From assembly GCA_024679065.1 (NCBI GenBank), contig JAGIQG010000013.1, positions 19,282,001 through 19,346,000 on the forward strand: a stretch of 64,000 nucleotides of DNA, written 5' to 3'. Below are positions 25,203 to 35,919 of this stretch, piece after piece. Position 1 is the stretch's first letter. Every line of letters begins with the position of its first letter. Source of the stretch: Sphyrna mokarran (Eukaryota). The notes beneath the pieces are model-generated. The model did not search any database. It had not been told where the DNA came from and saw only the letters and a program-made list of their open reading frames with translations. Made by a program: the position numbers and the translations under genes.

Positions 25203-26790
25203 TATGGTGGCACAATGATTGCAGCAGGACATAGATAGGCTGGTAGCTTGGACAGACAGATGGCAGATGGAATTCAATTCTGATAAATGTGAGGTCATGC
25301 ATTTCGGGAGAAAGAATGTAGGGGGGAGGTATGTGATAAAGGGTAGACCTATTAAGAGTATAGAAACGCAGAGGGACCTGGGGGTGCAGGTGAACAAGTC
25401 TCTGAAGGTGGCAGAGCACGTGGAGAAGGTTGTGAAGAAAGCATATAGTATGTTAGCCTTTATAGGAAGGGGTATAGAGTACAAGAGCTGGCCTTAAATG
25501 TTGCAGCTGTATAAAACGTTGGTTAGACCTCATTTGGAACACTGCGTCCAGTTCTGGTCGCCCTACTACTGGAAGGACGTGGAGACTCTGGAGAGAGTGC
25601 AGAGGAGGTTTATCAGGATGCTGCCTGGTATGGAAGGTCTGAGTTATGAGGAGAGATTAGGCAAATTGGGACTGTTTTCTTTAGAAAGACGTAGACTTAG
25701 AGGAGATCTAATAGAGGTGTACAAGATTTTGAAGGGGATAGATAGAGTAAACAGGGTTAAGCTTTTTCCTAGGATGGACTCAAATAGCACGAGGGGTCAC
25801 GGGCTTAGGGTGAGGGGAGGTAAGGTATAATTTGGATGCTAGAGGGAGTTTTTTCACACAGAGGGTGGTGGGGGTATGGAATGCGCTGCCAAGTAAAGTG
25901 GTGGAGGCAGGTACTCTGGAGTTATTTAAGAAATACTCAGATGGGCACATGAACAGAATGGGAATGGAGGGGTATAGAAAACTGATTTAAAACAGAGATC
26001 ATGAGCCTTGGGAGTCCCTGGGAAGTGTGTAAATAGATGATGATGATATTGATGTAATTGTTTTTATCCTACACATGCTTTGGTCCACCTTGTTGTCTAA
26101 CGAGGGGCATACACGCGATGGGTCGTGAGAGGGCTGCTCTTGGATCTTTTTCGAGAGTATCCTACTGCTTCACGTTGTTAGTGTACGCTTGACCTGGACC
26201 TTCTGATGGGCAACACGACAGCTCAGGGACTATCGCTGTGCTGTGCAGATACATAGACTTGGGCCTGTGTCTGTAGGAGTTTGCGCATTCTCCCCATGCT
26301 TGCATGGGTTTTCTCCGGGAGCTCCGGTTTCCTCCCACATCCCAAAGATGTGCTCTGAGGCTAATTGGCAAAACAAATTCTCCCTAAATTGTCTCAAATT
26401 TGGTTTTTAAATCCATAGATCTATAAACATGGACAGGGATAGTGGGTAGAGATGGGAACATTGGGGTGGCGGCGCGGGCTCGTTGGGCCGAAGGGCCTGT
26501 TTCCCGTGCTGTTTTGTTCTTTGTTCTTTGTTCTTTGTTCACTGTGGCTTCACAGTGCCAGAGATCTGGATTCAACTCCCGCTGTAGGTCACTGTCTGTG
26601 TGGGGTGTACACGTTCTCCCCATGTCTGTGTGGGTTTCCTCTGGGTGCTCCCGCTTCCTCCCACATTCTGAAAGATGTGTTGGTTAGGTGCATTGACCTG
26701 AACAGACTGTGGCAACCAGGGAAATTTCACAAAAACTTCATTGGAGTGTGAATGTAAGCCTTACTTGTGACTAATAAGTAAACTTTACAT
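25203..26790 (+). mobile_element. V-SINE type B split by a CR1 insertion
   Basis: Head GGTGGCACAATGATT at about 25206-25220. The remainder ACTGTGGCTTCACAGTGCCAG... resumes at 26541. Confidence 0.7.
25220..26540 (+). mobile_element. 5'-truncated CR1 LINE with a long 3' UTR containing a V-SINE core and (TTCTTTG)n tail
   Basis: ORFs 25219-25497 and 25498-25830 encode the CR1 RT C-terminus ([39 protein letters not shown]). These run on into unique UTR, a SINE core and a tail. Confidence 0.8.
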
Positions 26791-26868
26791 TTTTTTCATT
26801 CAGCAGAACCTTGAAAGAAACAAGGGGAGGGAGCCAATCTGACCTTGTATCTGACAATAAAGGTCACA

Positions 26869-27020
26869 TAAGAAGTTTTACAACACCAGATTAAAGTTCA
26901 ACAGGTTTATTTGGTAGCTATTGGCGTTTGCTACCAAATAAACCTGTTGGACTTCAACCTAGTGTTGTGAGACTTCTTACTATGTTTACCCCAGTCCAAC
27001 ACCAGCAACTCCACATCATG
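26869..27020. repeat. Penelope-terminus-derived fold-back (about 50-bp stem, 11-nt loop) plus extension
   Basis: 26869-26918 is the near reverse complement of 26930-26979. The sequence matches the Penelope ends at 27695-27785 and 29971-30000. Confidence 0.8.
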
Positions 27021-27236
27021 AATAGGGGTCACAGCATGGGAGAATTTGATAAATGGCTGGGGAACTCAGATCAGCCTAATATAACGTTTTTAAAACGTCT
27101 GTGGTTAGCTTTTAAACTCAGTTCTCATCACAGACATAAACTCACAAACTAATGGTTGACAGAAAGAGGAGAAAAATGTGACTGGCTGCGTGAAGATTGG
27201 AAATGAAAGGTATAACTTGTTACGATTGATTTTCAG

Positions 27237-27542
27237 CTCCTCCCACTGTCCAGTTAAGAGCAGAGACTTTGCCTTACCCTCATGAAGGTATACAGTTAAT
27301 CTGCACCTCACTGGAGTTCTACCCTGAGAATATTCAAGTCTCCTGGTTTCAGAATGGACAGTTGATCTCCAATGGCACCAAGAATGGGAGACTCAATGTG
27401 AACAATGATGGTTCATTCTCCATTAAAAGCTTCCTGAATCTTTCTCTATTTGACTGGAATGAAGGCGAGAATTATTCCTGTCAAGTGAACCACTCAACAC
27501 TGTCTGCACCCATCACTGAAAGAATTTCTGCTTCGAATGAAG
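27237..27542 (+). CDS. IgSF receptor C1-set domain exon
   Basis: Acceptor TTGATTTTCAG|. Translates APPTVQL...LICTSLEFYPENIQVSWFQNG...NNDGSFSIKSFLNL...YSCQVNHSTL, with the C1 signatures CxxxxFYP, VxW, DGSF and YxCxVxH. Donor G|GTAAAA, phases 1-1. Confidence 0.93.
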
Positions 27543-28599
27543 GTAAAAATAACATCATGTCCTATTGTATAGATGGTATTAAATGTAATTCCTCATCAGT
27601 AAAACACATAAATGATGACTGACGCTTTAATTTCTAATCTGCCTCACTGGACAGCATTCTTCATCTGCTTTGTTTCCTGGTGTTGAGTGAGAGCCATGAT
27701 GTGTAGATGCCAGTGTTGGACTGGGGTAAACACAGTAAGAAGTCTCACAATACCAGATTAAAGTCCAACAGGTTTATCAGATAGCATGAACATTTGGAGT
27801 TTCAGGCTCCTTCTTCAGGTGAGTGAGGAGTTATGTTCACAAACAGGGCATATACAGACACAAATTCAATTTACAAGATAATGGTTGGAATGCGAGTCTT
27901 TACAGGTAATCAAGGCTTAGAAGTACAGACAACGTGAGTGGAGAGAGGGTTAAGCACAGGTTAAAAAGATGTGTATTGTCTCCAGCCAGGACAGTTAGAG
28001 AGATTTTGCAAGTTCAGGCAAGTCGTGGAGATTACAGATAGTGTGACATGAACGCAAGATCCCAGTTGAAGCCGTCCTCATGTGTGTGGAATTTGGCTAT
28101 CAGTTTCTGCTCAACAATTTTGTGTTGTTGTGTGTCGGAACATGGCAGACTATGTACTCTTCCTCAACCTCAAACAGACTATTGTCCATAGAAAACTATC
28201 CAGCCTTCAGGAGAAAAGCAACCACGACACCACACAACCCTGCCACAGCAACCTCTGCAAGATATGCCCGATCATCAACATGGATGCCATAATCTCACAT
28301 GAGAACACCATCCACCAGATACACAGTACCTACTCTCGCAACTTGGCCAAGGAAAGGATGTCCCGAGGCATGGTACATTGGGGAGAACATGCAGACACTA
28401 CGACAATGATGAAAGAACACCATTCGACAATCACCAGGCAAGTCTTCTTGTCGGGGAACATTTCAGGAGTCACAGGCATTCAGCTTCTGATTTTTAAGCA
28501 AGCACTCTCCAAGGTGGTCTTCATGACACATGACAATGCAGAATTGTGGAGTAGAAACTAATAGTCAAGTTCCATACACATTTGGACGGCCTCAACGAG

Positions 28600-29710
28600 G
28601 ATGCAGATGTGTGGAATAGAGGGTGATTTAGCTAATTGGATTAGAAATTGGCTGGCAGATAGAAGACAGAGGGTGGTGGTTGATGGGAGATATTCATCGT
28701 GGAGTTCGGTGACGAGTGTGTGCCTCAGGGGTCTGTTTTGGGGCCCCTGCTGTTTGTAATTTTTATAAATGATCTGGATGAGGGTATTGAGGGATGGATC
28801 AGTAAATTTGCAGATGATACTAAAGTTGGTGGTGTGGTAGATAGTGAAGAGGGGTGTTTTAGTTTACAGAGTGACTTGGACAAGTTGCAGAGCTGGGCCG
28901 AGAGGTGGCAAATGGAGTTTAATGTGGAAAAGTGTGAGGTAATGCACTGTGGCAGGAACAATAAATGTGTAGAGTATAGGGCTAATGGTAGGGCTCTTAA
29001 TAGTGTTGAGGAACAGAAGGATCTTGGTGTATGTGTCAATAGATCCCTGAAAGTAGGCAGTCAAGTGGATAAAGTTGTTAAGAAGGCTTATGGAGTCTTA
29101 GCTGTTATTGGTAGGGGGATTGAATTTAGGAGCCGCAGCATCATGTTGCAGCTGTACAAAACTCTAGTGCGGCCGCACTTGGAGTATTGTGTGCAGTTCT
29201 GGTCGCCACATTATAAGAAAGATGTGGAGGCATTGGAGAGGGTACAGAGGAGGTTTACCAGGATGTTGCCTGGTATGGAGGGCAGGTCCTATGAAGAGAG
29301 GTTGAAGGATTTGAGGTTGTTTTCGTTAGAAAGGAGGCGGCTAAGAGGGGATCTTATTGAAGCATATAAGATGATTAGAGGTTTAGATAGGGTGGACAGT
29401 GATAGCCTTTTTCCTAGGATGGAGAAAGCTAGCACGAGGGGACACAGCTTTAAATTAAGGGGTATGAGTTATAGGACGGATATCAGAGGTAGGTTCTTTA
29501 CTCAAAGAGTGATTAGGGAGTGGAATGCCCTGCCTGCAGCTGTTGTAGATGCGCCAAGTTTGGTGGCGTTCAAGAGGTTAGTTGATAAGTATATGGATGA
29601 GAAGGGAATGGTTTAGTTAGGAGGGGCATTGCTTTTTATTTTGGTCGGCACAACATCGAAGGCCGAAGGGCCTGTTCTGTGCTGTATTGTTCTATGTTCT
29701 ATGTTCTATG
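28600..29710 (+). mobile_element. Young 5'-truncated CR1 (same family as 9725-12070) nested in the Penelope element
   Basis: ORF 28699-29616 is almost identical to the C-terminal part of ORF 9818-12133. (TTCTATG)n tail. Confidence 0.95.
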
Positions 29711-29935
29711 TCACACTATCTGTAATCCCCACAATTTGCCTAGACTTGCAAAATCTCTCTAACTGTCCTGGCTGGAGACAATACACATCTCTTTAACCTG
29801 TGCTTAACTCTCTCTCCACTCATATTGTCTGTACTTCTAAGCCTTGATTACCTGTAAAGACTCGCATTCCAACCATTATCTTGTAAATTGAGTTTGTGTC
29901 TGTATATGCCTTGTTTGTGAACACAAATCCTCACT

Positions 29936-29971
29936 CACCTGAAGAAGGAGCGAGAACTCCGAAATCTTGTG
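29936..29971 (+). ncRNA. Minimal hammerhead ribozyme motif (Penelope pLTR), slightly degenerate
   Basis: CAC-CUGAAGA-A-GGAG-cgagaa-CUCC-GAAA-UC-UU-GUG. The inverted copy at about 27785-27822 has lost GAAA. Confidence 0.55.
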
Positions 29972-30114
29972 CTACCAAATAAACCTGTTTGACATTAACT
30001 TATTGAGTGAGAGAACAGAGAATTTCCTAAGCTTCTTTGAATAGTATAACGGTTAATATATGCCTGGAAAAACAACATTTCTTTAATGTTTCATCCAGAG
30101 ATTGACAGCGGTTA

Positions 30115-32590
30115 GAACATAGAACATAGAACATCGAACAGCACAGCAGAGGCTCTTCAGGCCTCGATGTTATGCCGAGCTATGTCTGAACCCAAGGTCA
30201 AGCTATCCCACTCCCTATAATTCTGGTGTGTTCCATGTGCCTATCCAATAACTGCTTGAAAGAGAGAGAGAGAGTTGAGGGCACTGGGGATAGAGAGACT
30301 GAGAGAAATGAGGGGCCTGGGGATGGAGAGAGAGAGAGAGAGATGAGGGAACTGGGGATGGAGAGGGAGAGAGAGAGAGACAGAGAGCGGGGGACTGAGG
30401 ATGGAGAGAGAGAGAGAGGAGGGGAACTGGGGATAGAGAGAGAGGAGGGGAACTGGGGATGGAGAGAGAGGAGGGGAACTGGGGATGGAGAGAGAGGGAG
30501 GGTACTGGGGATGGAGAGAGAGAAGGGGGGGAACTGGTGTCAAATTCCACTGTCACAGCAGGCAGTGTATTCCACTCACTGTGTAAAGAATCTACTTGGG
30601 ACATTCCTCTTATATCTCCCACCCTGAACCTTATAGTTATGCCCCTTAATAACAGTTACATCCACCCAAGGGAATAGTCTCAAACTATTCCCCTTATCAT
30701 CTTACAAACCACTATTAAGTCGCCTCTCATCCTCCTCCGCTCTAAAGAGAAAAGCCCCAGCTCCCTCAACCTTTCCTCATAAGATCTACCCTCCAAACCG
30801 GGCAGCATCCTGGTAAATCTCCCCTGCACTCTCTCCAATCTTTCTTATAGCAAGGTGATCAGAAGTGCACACAATATTCCAAATGTGGTCTCATCAAGGT
30901 CTGGTATAGTTGCGGCGTAACCCCATGGCTCTTCAACTCAAACCCCCTGTTAATAAACGCTAACACACTGTAAACCTTCTTCATGGTTCTATCCACTTGA
31001 GTGGCAACCTTCAGAGATCTGTGGATATGAACTCCAAGATCTCTCTGTTCTCCACATTTCTCAGAGTCCTCCCATTGACCCTGTAATCCACATCCAAGTT
31101 TGTCCTACCAAAATGAATCCCCTCGCACTTATCAGGATTAAACTTCATCTGTCACTTTTCAGCCCAGCTCTGCATCCTATCTGCAGTCTACAAGAGCCCT
31201 CCATTTTATCCATTACTCCACCAATTTTGGTGTCATCAGCAAATTTACTGACCCACCCTTCAGCCCCCTCTTCCAAGTCATTGAGAAAAGTCACAAATAG
31301 CAAAGGACCCAGCACTGACCCCTGTGGTACATCGCTGATAACTGGTCTCCAGTCTGAAAATTTTCCCTCCACCATCACCCTCTCTCTTCTATGACACAGA
31401 TAGTTACTTATCCAATTGGCCAAATTTCCTTCTATCCCACACCTCCTTACTTTCTTCATGAGCCTACCATGGAGAACCTTATCAAATGTCTTACTAAAAT
31501 CCATGTATACGACATCAACTGCTCTACCTTTGTCTACACGCCTGGTTACCTCCACAAAGAATTCAATCAAATTTGTGAGGCAGGACTTACCCCTCACGAA
31601 ACTGTGCTGACTCTCTCGGACTGAGCTCATCTTTCCAAATGGTTATAAATCCTATCCCTCAGGACCTTTTCTATTAACTTACCAACCACTAAAATAAGAC
31701 TAACTGGCCTATAATTACAAGGGTCATTCCTATTTCCTTTCTTGAAGAGAGGAACAACATTTACCACTCTCCAGTCCTCTGGCACAATCCCTGTGGACAG
31801 CGAGGACCAAGGGTCAAAGCTAAAGGCTCCGCAATCATATCCCTTGCCTCCCAAAGTATCCTAGGATGTATCCCATCTGGCCCAGGGGGCTTATTGATGC
31901 TCAGATTTTTCAAAATTGCTACTACTACATCTTCCCTCAAGAACATCTACCTCCTCCATCCTATCAGCCTGTATCACACTGCCATCCTTAAAAACTTCCT
32001 CTCTCCTTAGTGAACACTGAAGAAAAGTATTCATTCAATGCCTCACCTATCTCTTCTGACTCCATACACAAGTTCCCACTACTATCCTTGACGAGCCCTA
32101 ACCTCACCTTGGTTATTTCTCATATGAGATTAAAAAACCTTGGGGTTTTCCTTTATCTGACCTGCCAAGCATTCTCATGCCCCCTCCTAAGCTCTCCTAA
32201 GTCTTTTTTTTTTGACTCATTCCTAGCTATCTTGTAACCCTTAAGCGACACAACTGAATCTTGTTTTTTCATCCTTACATAGGCTTCACCTTCCTTTGAG
32301 AATCATGGTTCCCTCACTTGGCCATTTCCTCCCTGCCTGATAGGGACATACCTATCAAGGACGTGCAGTGTTTATTCCTTTAACAAGCTCCACTTTTCAT
32401 TTGTGCCCATATCTGACAGTTTCTATTCCCAACTTATGCTCCCTAATTCTTGCTTAATGGCATCAAATTACCCCTGCCCCAATTATAAACTTGCCCTGCT
32501 GTATGACCCTATCCCTCCCCGTTGCAATAATGAAGGACACTGAATTGTGGTTGCTATCTCCAAAGTGCTCTCCACTCCAACACTTGGCCT
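30115..32590 (-). mobile_element. Older CR1 LINE, frameshifted
   Basis: ORFs 31145-31630, 31627-31854 and 31761-31946 have SQHSFVRGKSCLTNLIEFF, VPQGSVLGPLLF, KFADDT, NYRPVSL and KPPGPDGIHPRIL. The 3' tail reads (CATAGAA)n on the + strand. Confidence 0.9.
30260..30535. repeat. Purine-rich minisatellite (GGGAACTGGGGATGGAGAGAGAG-like unit)
   Basis: About 8 imperfect units with GA microsatellite spacers, inserted in the CR1 3' region. Confidence 0.9.
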
Positions 32591-32714
32591 GGTTTATTAC
32601 CCAGTACCAATTCCTAGGCTGACAGTACCAAATGTCAGCCTAGATTGTGCACTACAGCGACCAACTGACTCAACCTGACCTCCATAAATTTAAGTCAGTT
32701 GCATCATTTCATGT

Positions 32715-32900
32715 AGGGTTTCCTCTGGGTGCTCCGGTTCCCTCCCAGAGGCCGAAAGATGCGCTGGTTAGGTGCATTGGCCATGCTAAATTCTCCCTCA
32801 GTGTACCCGAACAGGCGCCGGAGTGAGGCGACTAGGGAATTTTCACAGTAACTTCATTGCGGTGTTAACGTAAGCCTACTTGCGACACTATAAATAAGCT
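32715..32900 (+). mobile_element. V-SINE type B, 5'-truncated
   Basis: Core and tail close to the type B consensus. Confidence 0.8.
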
Positions 32901-33025
32901 TAAACATGTGCAAAGATTAAACAAAATCTCCATTAAACTTGGTACGTTGATAATGAAATGGTATTATTTCAATGTCTGCCTATTGGTGGATAGTCATATA
33001 CTGCCTTCTCAATAACTCTTCACAG

Positions 33026-33135
33026 ATGTAAAGGATAACAAAAGTTTTATGTGGGCAATGGTACTAAGACTCATGATCTTTGCTACGGCAACACTGATTG
33101 CGATGGCAGCCTTTATTTTATATTTCAGGTATCAT
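33026..33135 (+). CDS. IgSF receptor transmembrane exon (DVKDNKSFMWAMVLRLMIFATATLIAMAAFILYFRYH)
   Basis: Acceptor CTCTTCACAG| in phase 1, hydrophobic helix with an Arg near the outer leaflet, donor CAT|GTAAGT in phase 0. An alternative donor CAG|GTATCA lies at 33128/33129. Confidence 0.88.
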
Positions 33136-33789
33136 GTAAGTTCTCTTGTTTATTGCCATTTTATGAAGCAAGTGTGGTATCTGCTGGATTATTAGGTTTC
33201 TTCTGGGACCAGTGGGCACTGCCACTGTATGAAGTTTAAGCTTTTTCTGTTTGCACCATTTTAAGTTCATTTATTAAGCATAATAACCCAGACTGCCAAA
33301 CCCCTCCTCCAGACCTTTTGTGTTGCTTCTTTCCAATGGATTTTTGTTTGTATTGGATAAGAATTATGTTCTCCTGATCCCACAAATGAACTCCCTACTT
33401 AAAAAAGGGCATGTGCTTTGGTCTGCTCCAATGCAGCGAATAACTCTATCAGTGAAAAGTGATTCGTCACACTCAAATTCATAATTCATCACACTCAAAC
33501 ACCTTCAGATAATGAACTGGATCAATGGTTCATCATAAAAAGAGGTGACCAAATGCTGAGTGCAATCAGTCATCTTAGAATGACTCTGTTCATTATTTAG
33601 AATTTTGAGATTTGCCCTTCTTTGAGATTTTGGAGGTGATTATTTCACCAGGAGGTGAAAAATACAAAAGGAGCACCTAATGAAGAAAATTGTACCCAGT
33701 GAAAGATCAGTAGCACATCAATGGTCTTTGTTCATTTTTTGTGAGGTCTCTATTCCTCCATTCACTAAATTTAATGAAAAATTCATATG

Positions 33790-34110
33790 AATATAGTCAT
33801 ACAATCATACAATACAGAAGGAGGCCATTTGGCCCATTGAGTCCACACTGACCACAATCCCAACTAGGTCCTATCCCCATAATCCCGTGCATTTGTCCTA
33901 GCTAGTTGCCCTGATACTAAGGGGGAATTTAGCATGGCCAATCCATCTAACCCACACGTCTTTGGACTGTGGGAGGAAACCAGAGCACTCGGAGGAAACC
34001 CATGCAAACATTGGGAGAATGTGCAAACACCACATCGACAGTGATCCAAGCTGGGAATCAAATCCAGGTCCCTGGTGATGTGAGACTAACCACTGTGCCA
34101 CTGTGTTGCC
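33790..34110 (-). mobile_element. V-SINE, tail type A
   Basis: Full head, core and tail. Confidence 0.85.
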
Positions 34111-34244
34111 CATGAAGAAACCTACTGCACATGTAATTATTTGTTTGATTATGACAGCAACAGAAGTGGGCATAACCCATTGTTCATATGTGCTTGATTT
34201 ACACTCTTTCATTGCGTAGGTTGTCAAAATTTCCAAAAGGGGAA

Positions 34245-34620
34245 ACAACAAATTTGCATTGATATAGCATCTTTCCTGGCCACAGGATGAGTCAAATCAT
34301 TTTACTACCAATTAAGCAATTTGATGTGTGCTCACCGTGCAATGTAGGTAATGTGGCTGCCAACTTTCTGACAGCAAGATCCCATAACGACCACGTATCT
34401 GCTTTGGTGATGTTGGCACAGGGAGAAATAATAGCCAAGATGCTGAGGAAAATCTTACTCCATTCTTTGAATAATGGCGTTGGATATTTTGCACCCAGCT
34501 TTGAGAGCAGATGACATTATGGTTTCACTGAATCTGAAAGATGGCACTGTTAATAGTGCAGCGCTCCACTGGTGCTACACTTGGTTGTGTGAGCAGGTCT
34601 CTAGAAAGCTTTACAAACAT
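34245..34620 (-). mobile_element. Old SINE (possibly DeuSINE/SacSINE-like)
   Basis: ACAACAAATTTGCATTGATATAGCATCTTT...ACAGCAAGATCCCATAA...TGAAAGATGGCAC. Related degenerate pieces lie at about 23340-23640 and 35430-35500. Confidence 0.4.
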
Positions 34621-34974
34621 GCCCACCAACCCCTCCGCCACCCTACTGACTGCTCTATCCATGGCATTACGGACAAACCAGCATGGATTAGAGACTCACA
34701 CTCCAGCAGACTTTGAAGTCCCCTCTGAATACCAGACCATATCTGATGCCACAGGCCACACTTTGGAAAAGTTACCTATCCACAAAGTTAATTAATGAAC
34801 CCACCCTGTGCATTCATATATGTAGCTTCCAGTGCACACAAGTGTGCCAAACTGCAAGCCCCACTGACAATCTTAACTTGGTTGTCAGCGTAATTCTGAG
34901 CATGTCACAACCGTACCACAATCTTCCATTTCTGCAATCTCTCATTCACCATTTTTATCATTTCTTGTTCCCAG

Positions 34975-35046
34975 GATACCGATGATGAATTTGAACCAAC
35001 TGCACCAAGTTATAAAAGAACAACAGTTACAAGCAAAACTCACTAG
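34975..35046 (+). CDS. IgSF receptor cytoplasmic and terminal exon (DTDDEFEPTAPSYKRTTVTSKTH*)
   Basis: Strong acceptor TTTTTATCATTTCTTGTTCCCAG|. Open in phase 0 to TAG at 35044-35046, with AATAAA downstream. Confidence 0.75.
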   Translation, partial: DTDDEFEPTAPSYKRTTVTSKTH

Positions 35047-35123
35047 AGCAACAAATGCCAGCCTATGGGACTTTTAAGTCGAAAATAGTCCAATTGAAAA
35101 ACATGCTTAGAATTCCAACTTAA

Positions 35124-35129
35124 AATAAA
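35124..35129 (+). terminator. Putative poly(A) signal of the IgSF gene
   Basis: AATAAA 78 nt after the stop. A second AATAAA lies at 35426-35431. Confidence 0.5.
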
Positions 35130-35919
35130 CATACGTTACAGGGCTCTTGTTAAAGATATAATTTATCTTAATCCCATTGCAAGCTTGTCCACAGATGAAA
35201 CTAAATGCTTGTGGTCAAAATGGGAACTTTCATTTGTGTCATTCACAATCTATCTCCACAATGATTGGACATCAAGAGATGTACAGTCAGGTATACAGGA
35301 TACTGTGGGAAATGCCTACATCACGTGATAAACATAGAGAGCTGAATAGCGTGACACAAAGGGGTTGTTCCTGCATTTGAAGCTGAAGATTTAGCAACTG
35401 TATCACCACATTGGAGATGGTTTAGAATAAAAGGCTTGCATTTATCGAGTTCTATACATAATTTCAACACATTCCAAAATCCTTATAACAAAATAGCCAG
35501 TAAGAATGTGTAAGTTGAAATATCATTAAAGGCCGATTAATCCAGGGGAGAAAGTAACTGAAGCTTTCTGCTCAGTGTTAGATCTAGATCATCTTTACAA
35601 TTAGGCAGAATTTAGAAATATTTGGGAATGTTGAATGTCTGACCTGGTTGTTTAAACAAAATGAATCGTGTTTTTTATGATTTCTTTTTGGTGTGTGACT
35701 GGTTTTAAAAATTCTTTTTGCCCACATCTATCCTTGCATATTATTTTGGATTGTAATATAACTACTTATGCTCTGTGAACTGATTCAAAAACAATTCAGC
35801 AATGTATAAAGATTAAAATGGGTTGGAGTTGACAAATTTCGGAGTTCTTTGTACCGTTATTCACACTTAATCAATTGCAGAGTGCAATGGGGAGTTCAAA
35901 ACCAAGGGTCACAAATTTA

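Larger units (their letters stand above)
27694..30000. mobile_element. Penelope-like element with inverted pLTR arrangement and GIY-YIG remnant
   Basis: 27760-28050 is the reverse complement of 29710-30000. The middle encodes PCHSNLCKICP and a frameshifted YIGE-type segment. TSD T(G/A)TTGAGTGAGAG at 27681-27693 and 30001-30013. Confidence 0.8.

Noticed and set aside
30215-30677. ERERG/SLSPS-rich ORFs
   Set aside because: Translations of the purine-rich minisatellite.
20143-35046. Calling the IgSF gene CD47, an Ig light chain or a TCR chain
   Set aside because: It has one TM helix and a C1 domain, so it is not CD47. It has a TM exon, no FGxG and no C-terminal Cys, so it is not IgL. It lacks separate V/J segments, a connecting-peptide Cys and a TCR CART motif. 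No gene symbol was assigned.
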